64,000 nucleotides of DNA from a virus (taxonomy: Duplodnaviria > Caudoviricetes): positions 45,728 to 109,727 of the IMG/VR virus record IMGVR_UViG_3300029288_000101, one strand, 5' to 3'. Positions 49,971 through 59,555 of this stretch are shown here, in pieces. The notes under the pieces were generated by a model, which worked only from the letters and a program-made list of their open reading frames with translations, made no database searches and was not told the origin of the DNA. The position numbers and the translations under genes are program-made. How positions within the stretch are numbered: position 1 is the first letter of the stretch; each line of letters opens with the position of its first letter.

Positions 49971-51125
49971 CTACCTTTTTCCTTTTTTCAATGATAATTT
50001 CGATTTCTTTTTAGGAACTTCTTCCTCTTCAACATCATCATCTTCGTCGTCCTCATCTTCGTCGTCAACAACCTTTTTAGCAGGTTTTTTAGTTGATTTC
50101 TTTTTGGGAGCTTCTTCCTCGTCGTCTTCGTCTTCTTCTACTACAACTTTTTTCTTTGGTGTTTCCTCTTCGTCTTCATCGTCTTCATCATCCTTTTTAG
50201 CAGCCTTTTTTGCAGGTTTCATTTTCTCTTCTAACTTCTCACGATTTTTACCAAGTTTTTTATCAACACCCTGAAGTTTTTTCACCATAGTTTCAATGAT
50301 TTCTTCATTCAAAATTTCAACCAATTCAGATACACTTACATCTTTTATGAAATGGAAAAATCCTGAATAATCTTCAACTTCAACTTCAAAAAGACTTTGT
50401 ATATCCTTCACACCACGAAGAGCGATTAATCCACAATTGCCACGAAGTTCGCCATCAACAACCTTTGCATTAAAAAATCGAAGCATTAACTTATTTGCAT
50501 TTTTCATCGGTAAATGAATTGAAACTCCAGTTGAAATAGGTTTATATTCAACTTTAAGATCGCCAAAAATTTCTTTAAAAGGTAATAACAATTTTTTATG
50601 CGCTTTGTTTTCAATATCAAATCTCTCTCCGGATATTCTAACTTTCTTTACTACCTTTTTAGCTGATTTCTTTTTGGGAGCTTCATCCTCGTCGTCATCG
50701 TCGTCATCTTCTTCTTCGTCTTCATCCTCTTCGTCGTCATCGTCTTCTTCAACAACAACTTTCTTTACTACCTTTTTAGCAGGTTTCTTTTTGGGAGCTT
50801 CATCTTCGTCTTCTTCGTCATCGTCTTCTTCATATTCAGGTTCATCTTCTTCGTCGTCCTCATCTTCGTCGTCAACAACCTTTTTAGCAGGTTTTTTAGT
50901 TGATTTCTTTTTGGGAGCTTCTTCCTCGTCTTCTATTACAGGTTCTTCAAAAAAGGCAGAATACATTTCTACCAAATCTGGAAGGTCAGTGTCTTCTACA
51001 CCTTCAATTTCTTCTTCTTTCAATTTCTTCAGAACGATTGCTTTCGCATCTTCTTCAGTTCCTTTCTTGCTTACTATATTTAAGCCAGCAAGAGTTTTTT
51101 CCATTTGTTTCGTTAATTTTGTCAT
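49971..51125 (-). CDS. protein with alternating acidic/basic low-complexity blocks
   Basis: D/E tracts and APKKK..KK repeats; exact 83-bp duplication 50041-50123 / 50848-50930. Confidence 0.75.
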   Translation of the reverse strand: MTKLTKQMEKTLAGLNIVSKKGTEEDAKAIVLKKLKEEEIEGVEDTDLPDLVEMYSAFFEEPVIEDEEEAPKKKSTKKPAKKVVDDEDEDDEEDEPEYEEDDDEEDEDEAPKKKPAKKVVKKVVVEEDDDDEEDEDEEEDDDDDDEDEAPKKKSAKKVVKKVRISGERFDIENKAHKKLLLPFKEIFGDLKVEYKPISTGVSIHLPMKNANKLMLRFFNAKVVDGELRGNCGLIALRGVKDIQSLFEVEVEDYSGFFHFIKDVSVSELVEILNEEIIETMVKKLQGVDKKLGKNREKLEEKMKPAKKAAKKDDEDDEDEEETPKKKVVVEEDEDDEEEAPKKKSTKKPAKKVVDDEDEDDEDDDVEEEEVPKKKSKLSLKKGKR

Positions 51126-51171
51126 AATTTGTTTTGTTTTAAATTATTTGTAATTTGTTTTGTTTTACTAA

Positions 51172-51447
51172 TTAACTTTGTTTGTTTTTATTTTTAAAAT
51201 TTAATTTTATTCTTTTCCCCTCTAAAGTCTCAAAAAATTTTAAATATGTCTTACGACTTTTCCTACTGGCAAAATGCATTATAATAATTTTACCTTCTCT
51301 TAACTCAAAAAGATTCTGCTGTTCCTTTACTAAAACTATCTCACCTACTTTGAAAGACTGAGGGGATTGCTTATTCCAGTTAGCTTTCTGAATTTCAGGT
51401 CTTATTCTTAAAACCTTTGGTAAGGGACTCTTTATTAATTTTTCCAT
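51172..51447 (-). CDS. hypothetical protein
   Basis: 91-aa ORF. Confidence 0.5.
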   Translation of the reverse strand: MEKLIKSPLPKVLRIRPEIQKANWNKQSPQSFKVGEIVLVKEQQNLFELREGKIIIMHFASRKSRKTYLKFFETLEGKRIKLNFKNKNKQS

Positions 51448-51448
51448 T

Positions 51449-52654
51449 TTAATTCCTCCTTTTTAAAAAGTTAAAATTAATTTTAACTTTACCTGAAATG
51501 TAAGAAACAAACTCATTTGTCACTGCCCAATAATAAAAAATTAAACTTACTATTAGCGAAATTATATAAGTACTCAACAAAGCCCAAAAAGGAACTGGTA
51601 CTGACAAATAATCAAACTTACTAAAGTTTCTTCTAATCCATTTCTTATCTAATTTAGGATATAGCCAATCAGCAAATTTAATTAAATTCAAAGTATCATG
51701 AACAGCAAAATAATTACGAGTTTCAATAGGAAGGTCATATACCTCAGTCCAAGATATCACTTTTGACCACTGAATTATATTCTTTTTATCTACACTTAAA
51801 CAAATAATATATTCATTCATATTACCACCCTTCCAGTAAGCTTCTTGCATATATCCAGTGTTATCATCTGCATTCAACCAAACTAATACCCATACTCTTA
51901 CTTGTTTCTTCTTTCCTAGCATTCCATTAATCCAATTAAATTTTTTCTGAATTATTTTTAAGTTAGTATTTGAAATTCTTATATTAGAATCCCCTAAAAC
52001 AGCATCAAGCGATGTACTACTTAACTTTGGATAGTCAAATAATTTGTATTGCTTCTTATCCTGTTCGTTAACTTTTGGATAATTAAATACACTTTGAGAA
52101 CACTGTACCTTATTAGTATAAGTATGTTTACTAGCATAAAAATCAAAAGTTTCATAAGTGCCTGGCCAATCTACAGAATATTTATTCCCATCTTCTGTAT
52201 AATAATCACGATGAAGATCTGTAAATACTTGCTTCACATTATATAATTTTACATAATAAGAATAATTATTTGCTGAAATGGCATGTTTCATTCCATCATT
52301 TAAAATTATATAATATTCTGCTGAATGATATTCTCTGTATGAACAATCATAGGTTTCTGTACAATAAGTTGTATTTCCTTTCACATCACTACCACAAGCA
52401 TAAGAACGTGTACAGGTCTTAGTTATCCATTCATCCCATGGCTCGTAATATTCAACAGAGGTAACATAGTTACCCCAGTACTCAGTATCATTTACAAGAG
52501 ATCTTCTTCCCCATGTCTGAAATAATAGAATCACACCAATGGCAATGAATATAGGAATTATGGATTCCCATATAGTTAATTCATTTCCCTTCCAAACAAA
52601 GAATATTATTAGAAGAGTTATTGGTATTATTAAAGAAAACCAAATTGGATCCAT
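51449..52654 (-). CDS. membrane protein with large extracytoplasmic domain
   Basis: Two N-terminal and one C-terminal TM helices; C...C...C...C hairpin; W.GGN.NE. Confidence 0.7.
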   Translation of the reverse strand: MDPIWFSLIIPITLLIIFFVWKGNELTIWESIIPIFIAIGVILLFQTWGRRSLVNDTEYWGNYVTSVEYYEPWDEWITKTCTRSYACGSDVKGNTTYCTETYDCSYREYHSAEYYIILNDGMKHAISANNYSYYVKLYNVKQVFTDLHRDYYTEDGNKYSVDWPGTYETFDFYASKHTYTNKVQCSQSVFNYPKVNEQDKKQYKLFDYPKLSSTSLDAVLGDSNIRISNTNLKIIQKKFNWINGMLGKKKQVRVWVLVWLNADDNTGYMQEAYWKGGNMNEYIICLSVDKKNIIQWSKVISWTEVYDLPIETRNYFAVHDTLNLIKFADWLYPKLDKKWIRRNFSKFDYLSVPVPFWALLSTYIISLIVSLIFYYWAVTNEFVSYISGKVKINFNFLKRRN

Positions 52655-52659
52655 AATTA

Positions 52660-53232
52660 TTATTTTTTAATAGTTAAGCCAAGATCAATATCATTCTCTT
52701 CACCTTTAGCATAAACATCTTTAGTTGCAGAAGAGGTTATAATTTCAATATGAACAGTATCATTTCTATTAACAATCCATTTCGCTGGCCATTTATTGAG
52801 TAAAGATTTATATTCTCTGTTATAATCAATTAGTTTGGTCTGCTGTTCAAAGAAGTCTTTTCTATTCGCTTCTATTACAACAGAAAGTTTATCATATAAA
52901 GAACCAGCTGCTGAAAGGTCAAAAGTCGGATTACTTTCTGTTATCCACTTCATTAAAGAACCATCTCCTTTAGAATATCGTCCTTCAATAAGAGCAGGAT
53001 ATATTTCCTTAAATGCTTCTTTTGATACTTCAAATTTAGCTTTTGCTAATTCAGCTTCTTGTTTAATAGTTTTAAACATTTTATCAAAATTAGCTTTACA
53101 AACATCTTGTTGCGCTAATACAAGATTCTTTTTATCAACTTTTTCATTGCTAATTGAAACCACTGTTCCAATAATTATAATAACAAATACTGCTACCACA
53201 CACAGAGTGATAATTAATGGTAATTTTTTCAT
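52660..53232 (-). CDS. LemA-like membrane-anchored helical protein
   Basis: N-terminal TM; FDKM.K.I...A, WI.ESNP, IEA.R..F...Q, P..W. Confidence 0.6.
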   Translation of the reverse strand: MKKLPLIITLCVVAVFVIIIIGTVVSISNEKVDKKNLVLAQQDVCKANFDKMFKTIKQEAELAKAKFEVSKEAFKEIYPALIEGRYSKGDGSLMKWITESNPTFDLSAAGSLYDKLSVVIEANRKDFFEQQTKLIDYNREYKSLLNKWPAKWIVNRNDTVHIEIITSSATKDVYAKGEENDIDLGLTIKK

Positions 53233-53242
53233 TTTTAACCTC

Positions 53243-54148
53243 CTATTTTAAATCTTTCAAATTATCAAAAAATGCACAAATCGTTTTAAAAGTACGAAGT
53301 CGCGCATTAGATTTATCTGAATTATTATTAGGAAATTCATTAGGATTATTCCAAAAATCTTTCTCCCATTCCTTACGAGTTCTTAAAAAACATCCCAATT
53401 GAATAACCTGTTCTTTTTCTTTATTAAAATATCCACAGGCTGTATATTTATAACCATTAATAATAAAAATTGCATTATACTCACCGATTTTAGCATATTC
53501 ACCGATTTTAGCAAACTTACCGATTTTAGCAGACTTACCGATTTTAGCAAACTTACCGATTTTAGCAGACTCACCGATTTTAGCTAATCCACCAATTTTA
53601 ACAGACTCACCGATTTTAGCGTATTCACCGATTTCAACAGACTCACCGATTTTAGCATATTCACCGATTTTAGCGTATTCACCGATTTCAACAGACTCAC
53701 CGATTTTAGCTAATCCACCAATTTTAGCAGACTCACCGATTTTAGCGTATTCACCGATTTCAACAGACTCACCGATTTTAGCGAATCCACCAATTTTAGC
53801 AGACTCACCGATTTTAGCGTATTCACCGATTTCAACAGACTCACCGATTTTAGCGTACTTACCGATTTTAGCAGACTCACCGATTTTAGCGTATTCACCA
53901 ATTTTAGCAGACTCACCGATTTTAGCGTATTCACCGATTTCAGCATATTCACCGATTTCAACAGACTCACCGATTTTAGCAGACTCACCGATTTTAGCGT
54001 ATTCACCGATTTCAGCATATTCACCGATTTCAACAGACTCACCGATTTTAATATTTAATCTCAAAAATTCTTCTTTTAAATCGGAAATAATTTCATATTG
54101 AAACCTTTTCCAATAATAATTTTCATCTCTTAAATAAAGTGTTTTCAT
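53243..54148 (-). CDS. hexapeptide-repeat (left-handed beta-helix) protein
   Basis: About 32 IGxxAK repeats; C-terminal IQLGCF.R...W; ATG at 54148 with GGAGG SD. Confidence 0.8.
   Translation of the reverse strand: MKTLYLRDENYYWKRFQYEIISDLKEEFLRLNIKIGESVEIGEYAEIGEYAKIGESAKIGESVEIGEYAEIGEYAKIGESAKIGEYAKIGESAKIGKYAKIGESVEIGEYAKIGESAKIGGFAKIGESVEIGEYAKIGESAKIGGLAKIGESVEIGEYAKIGEYAKIGESVEIGEYAKIGESVKIGGLAKIGESAKIGKFAKIGKSAKIGKFAKIGEYAKIGEYNAIFIINGYKYTACGYFNKEKEQVIQLGCFLRTRKEWEKDFWNNPNEFPNNNSDKSNARLRTFKTICAFFDNLKDLK
53479..54050. repeat. 18-bp coding tandem repeat (about 32 units)
   Basis: (TCACCGATTTTAGCRNAY)-like units directly visible. Confidence 0.95.
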
Positions 54149-54169
54149 TTTTAGTTCCTCCATTTTTGA

Positions 54170-54243
54170 TTTTACAATTTTGATTTACGTTTTCGAATTT
54201 ACAAGCTAATTAAAGGTATTTTTCAGTACAAACAAAATTTTTT
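54170..54243 (-). promoter_or_regulatory. conserved phage promoter/leader repeat, copy 3
   Basis: CGAATTTACAAGCTAATTAAAGGTATTTTTCAGTACAAACAAAATTTTTT identical to copy 2. Confidence 0.75.
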
Positions 54244-54254
54244 ATTACATATTT

Positions 54255-54830
54255 TTAATCAACAGCAGAATAATTAATTACAGTAAATTTTCTTCTTTCT
54301 GAATTAAGTTCTTTTTCAAATGATTTCAAATGATTAACCTGTTTTTTAACAATCAGATTTATTTTTTCTTTTTTGAATAACTTCTGAATATAATTTATCG
54401 GATAACCTTTTAAATATAATAAAAATGCTGGCTTTTCATTTCCAAAAAGACCAGCTAAAAAATCAACCTCACGCACTATTATTTTTTGTTTCTTAAAATC
54501 AATTAAAGTAAAATCATCAGCAAAACCCACATCAGTCTTAAACTCTTCAACAAATACTAAATTTTCTTTTGATATTTGAGTCATCAAATCTTTTACTCTA
54601 TTAATCAATGCTGTCCTTAAATAATAAAGAACAGGAATTGGTTTATACCTTCCTGTTCTTTCAAATTCTTTCCATTTTAACTTATAAGTTCTTAATGAAG
54701 TCAAAATTTTTAATTTTAAATCTTGAACTATATCCTCTCGCTCATAGCCAATGCGCTCAAAACTAAACAATTTTTTTGCATAAATATTTGCTAAATATTC
54801 ATACTCCTTATACAATTTGTTTAAATCCAT
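54255..54830 (-). CDS. sigma-70/ECF-like phage transcription factor
   Basis: YA.K......EDIVQDL, YL..AL.N...D, F.LYL.GY....I; AGGAGG SD. Confidence 0.6.
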   Translation of the reverse strand: MDLNKLYKEYEYLANIYAKKLFSFERIGYEREDIVQDLKLKILTSLRTYKLKWKEFERTGRYKPIPVLYYLRTALINRVKDLMTQISKENLVFVEEFKTDVGFADDFTLIDFKKQKIIVREVDFLAGLFGNEKPAFLLYLKGYPINYIQKLFKKEKINLIVKKQVNHLKSFEKELNSERRKFTVINYSAVD

Positions 54831-54862
54831 GGTTCCTCCTTATTTTAATTAATAATTTATTG

Positions 54863-54934
54863 TAGTCTGTAGGAGAATTGAACTCCTATTCCCAGGTTGA
54901 AAACCTGATGTACTAACCATTATACGAACAGACC
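54863..54934 (-). tRNA. tRNA-Glu (TTC)
   Basis: Full cloverleaf GGTCTGT...ACAGACT-A, anticodon loop TT-TTC-AA, T loop TTCAATT; CCA not encoded. Confidence 0.92.
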
Positions 54935-54971
54935 GATTTTAAAAAAGAATTTATTCTCACTATTTTTATTC

Positions 54972-55001
54972 TACAATTTTTCAATTTACAAGCTAATTAA
55001 A
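54972..55001 (-). promoter_or_regulatory. partial promoter repeat, copy 4, upstream of tRNA-Glu
   Basis: AATTTACAAGCTAATTAAA core shared with copies 2 and 3. Confidence 0.6.
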
Positions 55002-55051
55002 ACTTTATTTTTTTAATTGCAAAATAAATTTTTAAAAAGTTTTCAACTATT

Positions 55052-55516
55052 CTATAAAATCCTAGTCAGTTCATGCAATTTGATGACTCTTTTTTCTTTC
55101 TTACCTTTTACTTTCAAAAAAGCAAAGTTCTTTTCAAAATTTACAGTTTCAATTTTACCTACAAATTTTTTATTATCAATTAAAAATCTTACATCAGAAC
55201 CCTCAATATAATAATTTTTTATATCCTTCTCAGTTAATTCAAACTGTGGTAGTCCTCCTTTTGCTAAGGGATAGATTTTTTTTATATATTCATTTCTTAT
55301 TTCCTCAGAAGAAAATATACTGTCTATTTGATTTCTCATAGCTATATTTTCTATCTTTTCCTTCTTATATCCCATTAATTTACGATAAAATTCTTTATCT
55401 TTTATAGACACTGATATTTTTGCTCGTATTTCTGAAATATAATACTCTTGTTGTAAAACATCTAAGAATTCTAATGGAGATAAGTTTTTTGTCTTTGTTA
55501 TCATTTCAATCAACAA
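55052..55516 (-). CDS. hypothetical protein
   Basis: 154-aa ORF downstream of primase. Confidence 0.6.
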   Translation of the reverse strand: MLIEMITKTKNLSPLEFLDVLQQEYYISEIRAKISVSIKDKEFYRKLMGYKKEKIENIAMRNQIDSIFSSEEIRNEYIKKIYPLAKGGLPQFELTEKDIKNYYIEGSDVRFLIDNKKFVGKIETVNFEKNFAFLKVKGKKEKRVIKLHELTRIL

Positions 55517-55544
55517 CTTTACAATTTCATGTTTTATAACTGAA

Positions 55545-56573
55545 TTAAATCAGCTTCTTCTTTTCAACAGTACCGCACAAATATTCGTTCACACTCTTTA
55601 AATTATTAAATGCTGCTTTAATTTCCTTATCAGTAGAATCACCCCAATCTTTCTCAGCAACAGAAACACACCAAACATTAGTAAATTCCTTTTTTAATAA
55701 AATTGCATGCTTCTTAATGGTATTTATTGCATCTGGATCGAAGGCAATAATGATATTTTTAATTCCCTTCCTCTTCAATTTCTCTATTTGATAAAGGCTT
55801 ATATTTTTACCAAACATAAAACAGCACTTCATTTTCAAATCATAATCTAATTGCAACGCTCTGTCTACTGCTTTTTTGTCAAAAACACCCTCAACCAATA
55901 TTACAATTTCAGTTCCAAATAATATTTCTTCTATTCCACCTATTAATTTTGAAAAATCTGTTTCATCAGAATTTTTCCATCTCAAATAGCGTTTCTTTAG
56001 TCCTTTTGTCTTATAATTATAATTAATTGTCTTAATTTCTTCTTTTGATAATCTTGAGCGAGCGATATAGCCTTTTACTTCATTATCTTCTTTTATTACG
56101 ATTATAATATAATTCTTTAATTTTCTCTCTCTTTCAGTTTCCCCTATCAAATATTTCTCAAAGTCTTTTTGAGTAAATCCTCTACTTTTTAAATAATTGT
56201 CTTTTTTGAGTCTCTGGAAACCCTTTGGAAGAGATTTTTCTGGCACGTATAAATCTTCTTCGGTTAATGCTTTTTGTTTTTCTTGCTGAAATAGAACTAA
56301 TTTATTTGATAAGGTTTTTGTTTCTAAAGACTCTCCCTCTAATAGAAATTCTTTATTTAGCTTTTTTAGTAATTTCTTAAGATTTCCAACTCTTCCGCAT
56401 TTCTTACAATCCCACGCATTCTTATAAGTTCCTAATTCATTCTTTTTAAAAATCTTAATTCTGTTTAAATAAAAGTGTCTTGCCTCATTGCAAAAAATGC
56501 AGTCTGAAACTACATGATCTCCTTTGCTATTAAGGAAACTATTTGGTAATAATTTTAAAAAATCAATTTTCAT
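55545..56573 (-). CDS. DNA primase (zinc finger plus TOPRIM)
   Basis: CIFC...H...CKKC, YLKSRG, LVEG.FD, FDPDA, KDWG. Confidence 0.88.
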   Translation of the reverse strand: MKIDFLKLLPNSFLNSKGDHVVSDCIFCNEARHFYLNRIKIFKKNELGTYKNAWDCKKCGRVGNLKKLLKKLNKEFLLEGESLETKTLSNKLVLFQQEKQKALTEEDLYVPEKSLPKGFQRLKKDNYLKSRGFTQKDFEKYLIGETERERKLKNYIIIVIKEDNEVKGYIARSRLSKEEIKTINYNYKTKGLKKRYLRWKNSDETDFSKLIGGIEEILFGTEIVILVEGVFDKKAVDRALQLDYDLKMKCCFMFGKNISLYQIEKLKRKGIKNIIIAFDPDAINTIKKHAILLKKEFTNVWCVSVAEKDWGDSTDKEIKAAFNNLKSVNEYLCGTVEKKKLI

Positions 56574-56576
56574 CCA

Positions 56577-57908
56577 TTAAACTTCTTTATCTATAAAGTT
56601 TTCTATTGTTTTTTTACGGTCATAAAAACGAAGTTTCGGAAAATTAGTACACAAATAAATTAAAAAATCTCTATCTCCGTCTCGAATCTTATCAGCAAAA
56701 AGTCTCATCACTTTATTTTTGCGTTCATCCTTTGTTTGATTCATTGTAATTAAACCATCAGTAGAACGCAGTTTTCCTTTACATTCTGCAGTATTATATC
56801 TCGTTAGCACAAACTCTGGGTCGTTTAATTGTTCAGGGCTTACAGAAGAAATTTGTGAAAAACTAATTAAATCTGCTTGAAATTCCATTGCAATTTCTTT
56901 ACAGCCTTGAGCTACTTTATTTAGTTTATGATGTTCCTCTGACGGTTTATACCAATGACCATTGCCAGGATCTAATAAATCTAAATAATCTATCACAATC
57001 CTATCTATATGACCATAAGATTTATTCATTTCAATTAAACTATTTCTCACATCAATTAAAGTTGCTTCGCCAAACCTTTCAAAAGCTTCCACATAAATTT
57101 CACCCTTACCAATATTTTCAATAACCTTTTTTGCTTTCTTTAATTTTTCTACTTCTATATCTCCAGTCTTTATATCTTTATATTGTATCCCTGACCATGC
57201 AGCATCATACCTATCTTCTACCTGACGTCGTAGTCCCTCTAACTGAAAGTGGGCAATTTTATATCCTCTTCTTGCAGCTGCTATCCCTGTATGAACAGCC
57301 AAAATACTTTTACCAACATTAGAATCTCCTAAAAAAAGAAAAAACTCTCCTTGTTCGGCACCACCATTTGTTTTATCATCCAGCTCATCAATTCCAAAAG
57401 GAATTTTTCTATATTTTTCTTGTGTTTTCTTTAATATCTGTCTCTTCATAAATCCTTCAAACACCTTTTCAAACTTCACCGCACCTAAAGTAAAATTTGA
57501 AAATTCTTCAGCTTCTTTAACAAAATAATCAAACGCTTTTTTCTTTTGGTCTTCATTGTAAAGATCTCCTAAAGAATTATAAATCTCAACAAATCTATTT
57601 TGCTTTAAAAACAACTCAAAACCATGAGTGGTACTACTTAAATCAGGAATTACTACTTCTTTAATTTTTGAAAGAACTCTATTACACCCTGTTTTATTTC
57701 TTGTGAGTAATTGAAGTTTTCCTATTGATGTTAAAGATTTATTAAGACTCCATTCTGCTTTTATATTTTTCCATAGCTCTTTATAAACATCATCTGGAAG
57801 ATAATTCAATTTAAGATGTTGAAGAGCCATCAAAAGAAATTGTTTATTGGTTAAACATAATTTAAACAATTCATCAATAAAATCCTCATTCAATAAATTC
57901 TCAGCCAT
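56577..57908 (-). CDS. DnaB-like replicative helicase
   Basis: IPFGI.ELD...GG, GDSNVGKS, QLE, IVIDYLD, SQ, K.R. Confidence 0.88.
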   Translation of the reverse strand: MAENLLNEDFIDELFKLCLTNKQFLLMALQHLKLNYLPDDVYKELWKNIKAEWSLNKSLTSIGKLQLLTRNKTGCNRVLSKIKEVVIPDLSSTTHGFELFLKQNRFVEIYNSLGDLYNEDQKKKAFDYFVKEAEEFSNFTLGAVKFEKVFEGFMKRQILKKTQEKYRKIPFGIDELDDKTNGGAEQGEFFLFLGDSNVGKSILAVHTGIAAARRGYKIAHFQLEGLRRQVEDRYDAAWSGIQYKDIKTGDIEVEKLKKAKKVIENIGKGEIYVEAFERFGEATLIDVRNSLIEMNKSYGHIDRIVIDYLDLLDPGNGHWYKPSEEHHKLNKVAQGCKEIAMEFQADLISFSQISSVSPEQLNDPEFVLTRYNTAECKGKLRSTDGLITMNQTKDERKNKVMRLFADKIRDGDRDFLIYLCTNFPKLRFYDRKKTIENFIDKEV

Positions 57909-57920
57909 AAAAATTTCATT

Positions 57921-58517
57921 TTATAATCCTGACGCAGTTTCTTTTAATTCTTCTAATGCAGTATCGACTATTTCCCTAACTTTTTCTTCAAAGGCTTCTT
58001 CAAGCTCCTCTTCAGTAAAATTCTCATTATTAGTTTTTATTTCTTCTCGCAATTCCGCTTCATCATAATCCTCGCACTCAATACTTTCAATATCAGAAGA
58101 CCATGATTGTAATGCGTCTATGCGTTCTTGTAAGGTTTCTCCTGAAGAAGAAGATTGAAGTTGCTCAGGCATATTATTTAACTTATCCTCGCATTCGCTG
58201 CTTAAATTCTCAATCTCATCAACAAATTCTTCTTTTAAAGAATCAAAATCATCTTTAGTTCCAGCAGAAGATTCAGAAATTCTATCTTCTAAATCATATA
58301 ATTGACTAAGAAAATCTGATTGAGTTAATTGACTTCTTTTTGGATAAGTTTTACTATAATGTTTACCACCAAAACGAAAAGACCACCAATAATAAGATTC
58401 TCCCTTCTTAACTATAAAATCATTATCAGTTAAAGTTTCTTTTCTACTTAATTTTTGTTTACCTTCATATGTCAGCACATCTTTGTATGCTTTCTTAACT
58501 TGATTAACTTTTGCCAT
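57921..58517 (-). CDS. hypothetical acidic protein
   Basis: 198-aa ORF with KKGESYYWW.F...SQLT motif. Confidence 0.65.
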   Translation of the reverse strand: MAKVNQVKKAYKDVLTYEGKQKLSRKETLTDNDFIVKKGESYYWWSFRFGGKHYSKTYPKRSQLTQSDFLSQLYDLEDRISESSAGTKDDFDSLKEEFVDEIENLSSECEDKLNNMPEQLQSSSSGETLQERIDALQSWSSDIESIECEDYDEAELREEIKTNNENFTEEELEEAFEEKVREIVDTALEELKETASGL

Positions 58518-58525
58518 TTTTGTTT

Positions 58526-58918
58526 TTAACTATTTATATTTATTATAAAATCTATAACCGCTAACCAAACCGCTTCTATAAGCGTATCCGCATTAAAACA
58601 TCTAAATCCATTTAATCTTACCATTATCTGCCCTGTTTCTTCATTAATCATTCCAAATGTTCTAGGTATGGGATAATCAATATATTCCTTCCCGTCTCCT
58701 ATTTGCATTCTGCAAATTTTTTCTAATACTGGCATTAACCAATCCCATGATGAATAATATCTTAAATCATCTATATTAATTGGAGAACAACCGCCAGCAG
58801 GATTATTAATTTCTTTTAAATTAAAAACTTGTTCGACACCATCAATATCTTTTTTGATAATCGCTCCCATAAACACAGCAATTAATTTATTATTTTGTTG
58901 TATCTCTAAATTTGTCAT
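58526..58918 (-). CDS. conserved phage hypothetical protein
   Basis: NKLIA.FMG, Y.SSWDWLMPV.EKI. Confidence 0.65.
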   Translation of the reverse strand: MTNLEIQQNNKLIAVFMGAIIKKDIDGVEQVFNLKEINNPAGGCSPINIDDLRYYSSWDWLMPVLEKICRMQIGDGKEYIDYPIPRTFGMINEETGQIMVRLNGFRCFNADTLIEAVWLAVIDFIININS

Positions 58919-58920
58919 AT

Positions 58921-59511
58921 TTATTCAAGTTTTCGTTTTTTATATAATTTAGGAAAATTATTTTTTAATATCTCTTTACAGTTAATTGCCGACAGGCACA
59001 TCAAACAATTCTTTGATAGATTATTATACAAACTGGTATTTTGAACACACCACATTAAGCCTTCTTCTTTATTCAAAAATCTATGTTTTTCGCCTTCCTC
59101 GACATTATTAATCTTTAAGAAAAAATCAACACTCCTTTTTGCTTGAGTAAATTTAGCAAGTATTTTTTGTCCTATATCCTGACGAATATTTCTTGAGAAT
59201 ATTTTTGAATGATATTCATCATAGCGAACAATCGCTTTCTTGCCAAAAATCCATGAAAAATAAATTACATTTTTACCAAATTTAGTCTTCATGTCTCTCC
59301 AATAATTAAATTGATATTCACAATAATATACAACAAAAGCAGCTCCTAAACTACTTTTATTAATTTTACTTTGAAAATGGTTTTTAAATTTCTCTATAGT
59401 TTTATTGTCTGCATCTTTTAAATAAACTACAAAATCAGGATTCAAAGTAATTTCTCTTATAAATTCCTGATAGATTTCAGAGCATAAATCCTCAAACTTC
59501 TTCATTAACAA
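58921..59511 (-). CDS. hypothetical protein
   Basis: 196-aa ORF with C-terminal C..C...C. Confidence 0.6.
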   Translation of the reverse strand: MLMKKFEDLCSEIYQEFIREITLNPDFVVYLKDADNKTIEKFKNHFQSKINKSSLGAAFVVYYCEYQFNYWRDMKTKFGKNVIYFSWIFGKKAIVRYDEYHSKIFSRNIRQDIGQKILAKFTQAKRSVDFFLKINNVEEGEKHRFLNKEEGLMWCVQNTSLYNNLSKNCLMCLSAINCKEILKNNFPKLYKKRKLE

Positions 59512-59555
59512 TTTTCATTTACGATTTAATCTCACAGTTTTATTTATAATTTTCT

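Noticed and set aside
32595-51153. Plus-strand Ser/Phe-rich ORFs (32595-33056, 50605-51153) and other short plus-strand ORFs
   Set aside because: Antisense shadows of low-complexity or ordinary minus-strand genes
53383-54042. Alternative-frame ORFs (SLLKSV repeats)
   Set aside because: Frame artefacts of the 18-bp repeat
53479-54050. CRISPR array
   Set aside because: Contiguous 18-bp in-frame coding repeats with no unique spacers; the same applies to 15363-15476
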